Shown: positions 33,152 to 37,256 of the stretch, piece by piece
Layout of the letters: every line of letters begins with the position of its first letter
Numbering within the stretch: the first letter of the stretch is position 1
DNA from: a virus
Direction: 5' to 3' (one strand)
IMG/VR virus record: IMGVR_UViG_3300045988_142508
DNA: 37,256 nucleotides
Made by a program: the position numbers and the translations under genes
Notes under the pieces: generated by a model
Told to the model about the DNA's origin: nothing
Database searches by the model: none
The model's input: only the letters and a program-made list of their open reading frames with translations

Positions 33152-33463
33152 TCAATCTGTGTTCGCGATATGCGCGTCACGTATGTCTTGGATCATCGAG
33201 GTTCCGGTTCCATTGCCGCCCAGACCGTGGTAAGCGGCATATATTCGTTCCGCGCTTTGCTTCAACGGAATGCTCGCAACACCACCTGCATCGACCATCT
33301 GACGGTACAGAGCCTCGAGTTTGCAGAACAACAGTTCCCTGACGCCCTCATGCAGTGGATCGTGACGTTGGTCGACCTTGCTCAGAATCCAGGTGACGAA
33401 CACGCCGCTGCCTCCGCTGCCGATGATGGCGATAACGATTGCGACGATGGTTTCCTGGCTCAT
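33152..33463 (-). CDS. Holin-like / lysis-associated membrane protein, 103 aa
   Basis: SD GGAAGGA. One N-terminal TM helix (IVAIVIAIIGSGGSGVFVTWIL). It lies directly upstream of the endolysin gene. Confidence 0.5.
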   Translation of the reverse strand: MSQETIVAIVIAIIGSGGSGVFVTWILSKVDQRHDPLHEGVRELLFCKLEALYRQMVDAGGVASIPLKQSAERIYAAYHGLGGNGTGTSMIQDIRDAHIANTD

Positions 33464-33482
33464 TGGGAATCCTTCCGAAAGG

Positions 33483-33536
33483 AAAATCCCACACGTGGCT
33501 ACCGTTGGAAGCTGCGATAACCACGTGTGGGATTTT
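33483..33536. promoter_or_regulatory. 16-bp perfect inverted repeat (bidirectional terminator/attenuator-like) between the lysis cassette and the shufflon recombinase gene
   Basis: AAAATCCCACACGTGG-N22-CCACGTGTGGGATTTT. T-runs follow the stem on both strands. It ends 10 nt before the rin ATG and 19 nt before the 33463 start. Confidence 0.6.
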
Positions 33537-33546
33537 GGAGGTTGAA

Positions 33547-34419
33547 ATGTTGTTGGGAACGTTTGTGGATGAGGTCTGGTGGCCCTCCTGCGGGAAGCTT
33601 CGCGAGTGCACGAGGGTGGGCTACGAGTCGGCCTACCGCTGCCACATCCAGCCGAAATGGGCTGGCGTCGACATGGAGTCGATCACCGCGAACGACATCG
33701 AGGAGTGGCTCGGCTCGTTCAATCAGGCCGGCGCCGCACGCAAGGCGTGGGCCGTGCTGCGGGCGATACTCCGACTCGCCTATCGCAAGGGAGTCACCGA
33801 CAATGACGTGACACGTCGTGAAATCAGACTGCCGCACCTGCGGCGGTATGAGCCGCGCGTGCTCGACGCCAGACAGGTAAGACGGCTGCTCAAAGGCTTC
33901 TACGGTCACGCGTTGGAAGCCTGGTTATTGGTCTCCGTCTGCGCGGGACTGCGCCGATGCGAGTCCGTCGGCATTGAATGGGCCGACTTGGATTTACGCC
34001 GGGGAACCGTGACCGTCAAAAGGTCAGTGCAATGGGTCGCTGGACATGAAACGGTCACCGACCCGAAGACCGACCAGAGCCGACGGACGGTCGCACTACC
34101 ACGGTTCGCAGTCAAACGGCTCGCGCAATTGCGCCACGGCAGAACCGGCAGGCTGGTCGGCGATCTGAACGCCAACCAGGTGGCAGCTCATTACACGTCA
34201 TGGTGCCAACGCATGAAACTCCCCTGCGTGCCGCCAAGGAACCTCAGGCACACCTTCGGCACTCTGGCAATCGCTGCGGGAGCCGATATCTCAGTGGTCG
34301 CACGACAACTCGGTCACAGCGACATCAAGACAACCGCCCGCTACTATCTCCGCCCCGATTTGTCCGTGCTGAGAAGTCTGCAGCGGGCATGGGAAAGACT
34401 CATCATCGGAGCCGCGTAG
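33547..34419 (+). CDS. rin: Shufflon-associated tyrosine recombinase (Rci/Rin-like), 290 aa
   Basis: SD GGAGG-N6-ATG. Catalytic boxes CAGLRRCES (R) and RNLRHTFGTLAIAAGADISVVARQLGHSDIKTTARYY (H-x-x-R..H..Y). Its stop codon TAG is the first triplet of recombination site A. Confidence 0.85.
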   Translation: MLLGTFVDEVWWPSCGKLRECTRVGYESAYRCHIQPKWAGVDMESITANDIEEWLGSFNQAGAARKAWAVLRAILRLAYRKGVTDNDVTRREIRLPHLRRYEPRVLDARQVRRLLKGFYGHALEAWLLVSVCAGLRRCESVGIEWADLDLRRGTVTVKRSVQWVAGHETVTDPKTDQSRRTVALPRFAVKRLAQLRHGRTGRLVGDLNANQVAAHYTSWCQRMKLPCVPPRNLRHTFGTLAIAAGADISVVARQLGHSDIKTTARYYLRPDLSVLRSLQRAWERLIIGAA

Positions 34420-34433
34420 CTTTCCGTAACCCT
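34417..34433 (+). repeat. Shufflon recombination site A (TAGCTTTCCGTAACCCT)
   Basis: One of five 17-mers sharing the core TTCCGTA(A/G)CC. It heads silent cassette V4. Confidence 0.85.
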
Positions 34434-34680
34434 GCCGTTCGGGAAAAGCAATGGCAACGGAGGAGTCTATCCAATCGGGAAAATACCCAATCCGAACGCG
34501 ATTAAGGCTTTGAATGGCAGAGCCATACTATCGTCTGGGACGACAGTGGCGATTCCATTCATCCACCCGTCATACCTGCAACGTTCGGTCCAAGTATCGA
34601 TCGCGCCGGACGGGACCGTTAACCTGCTCGTTGGTCCTGAAGTTGCTGTCACAGGTGGAATCGTGGAAATCCATTTTTAA
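34423..34680 (+). other. Silent start-less C-terminal cassette V4 (SVT-LPFGKSNGNGGVYPIGK...GGIVEIHF*)
   Basis: Open for 85 codons in the frame set by TCC GTA ACC of site A. It has no start codon or SD and is absent from the ORF track. Confidence 0.75.
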
Positions 34681-34696
34681 TAGCATTCCGTAACCA
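34681..34696 (+). repeat. Shufflon recombination site B (TAGCATTCCGTAACCA)
   Basis: It immediately follows the V4 stop (TAA 34678-34680) and heads cassette V2. Confidence 0.8.
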
Positions 34697-34992
34697 AGAC
34701 TTTGATTGAATCGCAGTATGGCACCGTGACCGGCGTGAAGTCTGGCAAGATCGCGCAGATTAGCATCAACTGGAAAAGCGCGAGCACTGACTCGTGGGGC
34801 AGTGGACAGTTCGGTACAATTCCGGAGGGTTGGAGGCCTGCGGTCGTCACGCATGGCACGTGGTCGGGGCGTGATGGTGGCAGCCAGCGTGATTTCATTC
34901 TGGAAACGAATGGCAATTTCCGTTATGTCAATTGTGGCGCGGTGCAGAACAGCGGCACGTTCTCCGGGACGATGACCTACATTCTCGCCTGA
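34687..34992 (+). other. Silent C-terminal cassette V2 (SVT-KTLIESQYGTVTGVKSGK...TMTYILA*)
   Basis: It is in frame with TCC GTA ACC of site B and corresponds to ORF 34702..34992. Confidence 0.75.
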
Positions 34993-34993
34993 A

Positions 34994-35010
34994 TAGCTTT
35001 CCGTAACCCT
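34994..35010 (+). repeat. Shufflon recombination site C (TAGCTTTCCGTAACCCT)
   Basis: It is identical to site A, follows the V2 stop, and heads cassette V3. Confidence 0.85.
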
Positions 35011-35335
35011 TTCCGCGCCGAACACGAACTGGAAAGTGGATTACCGCACCGCCTTGGTCGGCAGGATGCTTCTAGTCGCATTCCACGCCAATCGCCTCAA
35101 CACCGATTGGAACGCGGCGAAAGAGTGGGAGGTGTCACAGATTCTCAAACTCCCAGCCGGTTTGGAGGCGGCGTTCGAGGTACATTGCGCCGCAATATCC
35201 AATTCGAGCATCGGATTGCATGGCGTCGAAGTGCAGGTGGCGCAGCACACCATCGGCTTGCGTTCCTCGGGAAAGATGACAGTAAGCGCAAACGGGGGAT
35301 GGGTCGAAGGCTGTATCACGGTGCCACTTGTCTAG
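35000..35335 (+). other. Silent C-terminal cassette V3 (SVT-LSAPNTNWKVDYRTALVG...CITVPLV*)
   Basis: It is in frame with TCC GTA ACC of site C and corresponds to ORF 35036..35335. Confidence 0.75.
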
Positions 35336-35688
35336 GAGAACGTCACTCCACTAGGAATCGGCATGGAAAAACGCTGCATCAGAATGTTCTCCCTGCCAAT
35401 TCCGCCAAGTAACGTAATACTGCCATCCGGATTCCAATTCGCTTGCTTGTTGTAGTGCGGATCCGCAAGACTTGATCCAACACATCCCAGTCCAATTGTG
35501 GCCGATGGACGTATCCCTGACTGATATAACCAGACACGATAGTTCGAGATTTCGACGGTTGATTTGAAAGAGCTCAAATCGACATACAGCATGTTGCCCT
35601 TGACGGTAATCGTGTTGGATCCACCATATAGGGCGCCAACAAACGATCCTGTGTCCTGAAACTTAAAGGTAGCAGTGAGGGCTACGGA
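35332..35688 (-). other. Silent C-terminal cassette V5 (SVA-LTATFKFQDTGSFVGALYGG...SGVTFS*)
   Basis: It is in frame with TCC GTA GCC of site D, includes ORF 35332..35592, and runs in the same orientation as the expressed gene. Confidence 0.7.
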
Positions 35689-35694
35689 AAGCTA
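35678..35694 (-). repeat. Shufflon recombination site D (minus strand TAGCTTTCCGTAGCCCT)
   Basis: It lies 4 nt downstream of the stop of the expressed gene (35699) and heads cassette V5. Confidence 0.8.
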
Positions 35695-35698
35695 GAAA

Positions 35699-36499
35699 TC
35701 ATGGGATTGGGAAACAAAGCGTGCCGACGCAATCCTGATTGCTGCCAGCGGCTCCCATGTTCGCCACTCGGATAGTTCCATCAGCTCTGGCCGTGAGGCT
35801 TCGCGCCGTTTGCCCATTTGATACAAGGCAGACAGTCGACAAGTCAACGATGGGACGATACCAGGACGCGAGCTTTACCGGACATTCAACAGCATCCCAA
35901 CTGCCCGAACCGATTTTCCCACTGAACTTGATCAAAATCATCCTGCCGTTACGCATGATGATCCAATTGGAATCCTGGTACAGGGTTACGGAATCCCACA
36001 GCTGGCTCATCGGAGGCAACTGCTTGACAAGCATGACAGGAGTTCCAGCGGTGATGCCACTGATCGGGATACGGGCGATCGGAATCCATACGGTGCCGGA
36101 ATTGTTCAGGATACTACCCGACGGTACCGTGGGGTCAGCCGCCGTGCCACTGGTGGCGGTGCCCTTCAGCACCGCGAGCGCGATCGTTTCGATGTTGTTC
36201 GAGTCTCGCGTGTATTTCACGCAGATTAGGTCGTTGCGGTTCCGTCCTGTGACTCCGCTTTCGATGGTGACGGTTTCCGCCGCGGTGACGCGTGCGTATC
36301 GTCCTTCGATCACAAGGTTGAGGACCGGGATGAGCGCTTTGTTTGCTGACTGCATGGTCACGGCGGGGAATTTGCCGTCGCTGCCTTGCAGCAGGTAGTT
36401 GCCGTTTCCGACCAGTCCGGCCTGCATGGCTCCTTGGTCGCTGGATGTGATGTGCGGAGCGCCGGCCTTGCCGGTGATGAGATTCATGGTCATGGTCAT
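35699..36499 (-). CDS. Receptor-binding / tail fibre protein with shufflon-exchangeable C-terminus (currently fused to cassette V1), 266 aa
   Basis: MTMTMNLITGKAGAPHITSSDQGAMQAG... The constant part runs to ...LWDSVT (site E), followed by 94 aa of V1. It is the last gene of the tail module, with ATGA coupling upstream. Confidence 0.8.
   Translation of the reverse strand: MTMTMNLITGKAGAPHITSSDQGAMQAGLVGNGNYLLQGSDGKFPAVTMQSANKALIPVLNLVIEGRYARVTAAETVTIESGVTGRNRNDLICVKYTRDSNNIETIALAVLKGTATSGTAADPTVPSGSILNNSGTVWIPIARIPISGITAGTPVMLVKQLPPMSQLWDSVTLYQDSNWIIMRNGRMILIKFSGKIGSGSWDAVECPVKLASWYRPIVDLSTVCLVSNGQTARSLTARADGTIRVANMGAAGSNQDCVGTLCFPIP
35982..35998 (-). repeat. Shufflon recombination site E inside the expressed receptor-binding gene (minus strand TGGGATTCCGTAACCCT, codons W-D-S-V-T-L)
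   Basis: It marks the junction between the constant N-terminal part and the currently fused variable C-terminus V1. Confidence 0.85.
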
Positions 36500-36738
36500 T
36501 CCTTCCTATCTGTTGTGTTGTTGAGGTATGCGGCGTAGGCGGCGTCCTGCGTGGCTGCCAGCGCTTTGAACGTCTGCCAGCATGCGGTGCAGACGAGCGC
36601 GCCCTGTGCGACTCCGTCGACGGTGGTGTGGGTGATGTCGTGCCAGTCGCTGGAGGTGCGTGGGTCACCGTCGGCGAGGTATGCGGAGGCGTGGCATCGG
36701 TCGCAGGTGTATCTGGTGATGTTCGTGGTTCGTGCCAT
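36496..36738 (-). CDS. Small zinc-ribbon protein, 80 aa
   Basis: ATG at 36738. Translation MARTTNITRYTCDRCHASAYL...LVCTACWQTF (2x CxxC). It is coupled to the receptor-binding gene. Confidence 0.6.
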   Translation of the reverse strand: MARTTNITRYTCDRCHASAYLADGDPRTSSDWHDITHTTVDGVAQGALVCTACWQTFKALAATQDAAYAAYLNNTTDRKE

Positions 36739-36755
36739 TGATGTTCCTTTCTCTT

Positions 36756-37256
36756 TCAGGCTGTGCGCTGGTAGATGTGTCCCGGAAGGATGGTGTTGCA
36801 TTCCTTCCAAGTGCCGCCGTAGGTGGTTCCCGGATTTGTTGTGGCGGTGGTCCAGTAGAGGGAGCCGACCGGGTGGGCGGCGATGAACGCCTGGCTTGCG
36901 CTCATGCCCGTCTCGCCCTTGTCGCCCTTCGGGCCGACGAGGCTTGTGTTCGAGACTGGCTTGAACGTCACGTTTTTCCCGGTGGCTGTGATCTGTGCGT
37001 ACATCAGGTTCTTGCCGCCGTTGGTCATGGCGAAGAAGTATTCGCCTACGACCGGGGCACGGTTGAAACTGAGTGTCTGCCAGTCAAAATCCGAGCATGC
37101 GGACGTCCAGTATCCGGATAGTATGCGTGTGATGATCAAGGCAGGCAACCCGGTCTCGCCGCGTTGGCCGGCCTCTCCTTTCGCTCCGGTGGCCCCGGTC
37201 GCGCCAGTGGCGCCGGCAGGGCCCTGCGGTCCTTGCACTCCCTGCTTGCCTTGCGG
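36756..37256 (-). CDS. Collagen-repeat tail fibre protein, 3' part of the junction-spanning gene (5' end at 128..1)
   Basis: ...GPQGPAGATGATGATGAKGEAGQRGETGLPALIITRILSGYW...HIYQRTA*. The GLPAL motif and N-terminus are paralogous to gene 138..1049. Confidence 0.8.
   Translation of the reverse strand, partial: PQGKQGVQGPQGPAGATGATGATGAKGEAGQRGETGLPALIITRILSGYWTSACSDFDWQTLSFNRAPVVGEYFFAMTNGGKNLMYAQITATGKNVTFKPVSNTSLVGPKGDKGETGMSASQAFIAAHPVGSLYWTTATTNPGTTYGGTWKECNTILPGHIYQRTA
37180..37256. repeat. Terminal 77-nt sequence identical to 1..77
   Basis: Exact identity to the first 77 bases of the window. Confidence 0.95.

Larger units (their letters stand above)
1..37256. mobile_element. Complete temperate siphovirus-type phage genome, circularly closed contig in excised (attP) form
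   Basis: The full set of modules is present: lysogeny, early/replication, packaging, head, tail, lysis. The termini are identical over 77 nt. Phage genes flank both sides of the attP core, so this is not an integrated prophage. Confidence 0.85.

Noticed and set aside
1-37256. Search for CRISPR arrays, reverse transcriptase/DGR elements, transposases, rRNA genes, toxin-antitoxin pairs of known families
   Set aside because: No such pattern was seen in any frame. The variability mechanism present is the recombinase-driven shufflon, not a DGR.

Overview
The window looks like a complete temperate siphovirus-type phage genome from a high-G+C (by eye) actinobacterial host. A Bifidobacterium-like host is inference only. 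Bases 1-77 are identical to 37180-37256, and one intact gene reads in frame across that junction, so the contig appears circularly closed with a unique length of 37,179 bp. It is in the excised attP form, not the integrated form.

Minus-strand lytic genes, in transcription order:
- early and replication genes (23732 down to 17826): Xis-like HTH, SSB, an initiator with internal iterons, HNH, Orn-like exonuclease, Lar-like protein, lipoprotein
- a ~540-nt non-coding region holding a tRNA-like element
- HNH, an AT-rich HNH-AP2 endonuclease, TerS, TerL and portal
- a MuF::ADP-ribosyltransferase fusion, scaffold, HK97-type capsid and connectors
- major tail protein, G/GT chaperones with a CCCAAAA -1 frameshift, tape measure and Dit
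- three collagen-repeat fibre proteins (one crossing the junction), a receptor-binding protein, then lysis genes

The plus-strand lysogeny operon (27473-31121) encodes a CI-like repressor, DUF3800 plus an unknown partner, an ImmA-like protease and a tyrosine integrase. An attP with a tRNA 3' fragment follows it.

Most notable observations:
- a five-cassette DNA-inversion shufflon with its own tyrosine recombinase, which can swap the C-terminus of the receptor-binding protein
- an uncharacterised DUF3800 two-gene cassette inserted in the lysogeny operon, a candidate prophage-encoded defence
- the virion-associated MuF-ART toxin fusion with a translationally coupled small ORF
- a G9 tract at the portal 3' end whose -1 frame continues as protein-like sequence
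- lysogeny-oriented small genes embedded antisense in the early lytic operon

All functional calls come from reading the translations by eye. No database search was run.
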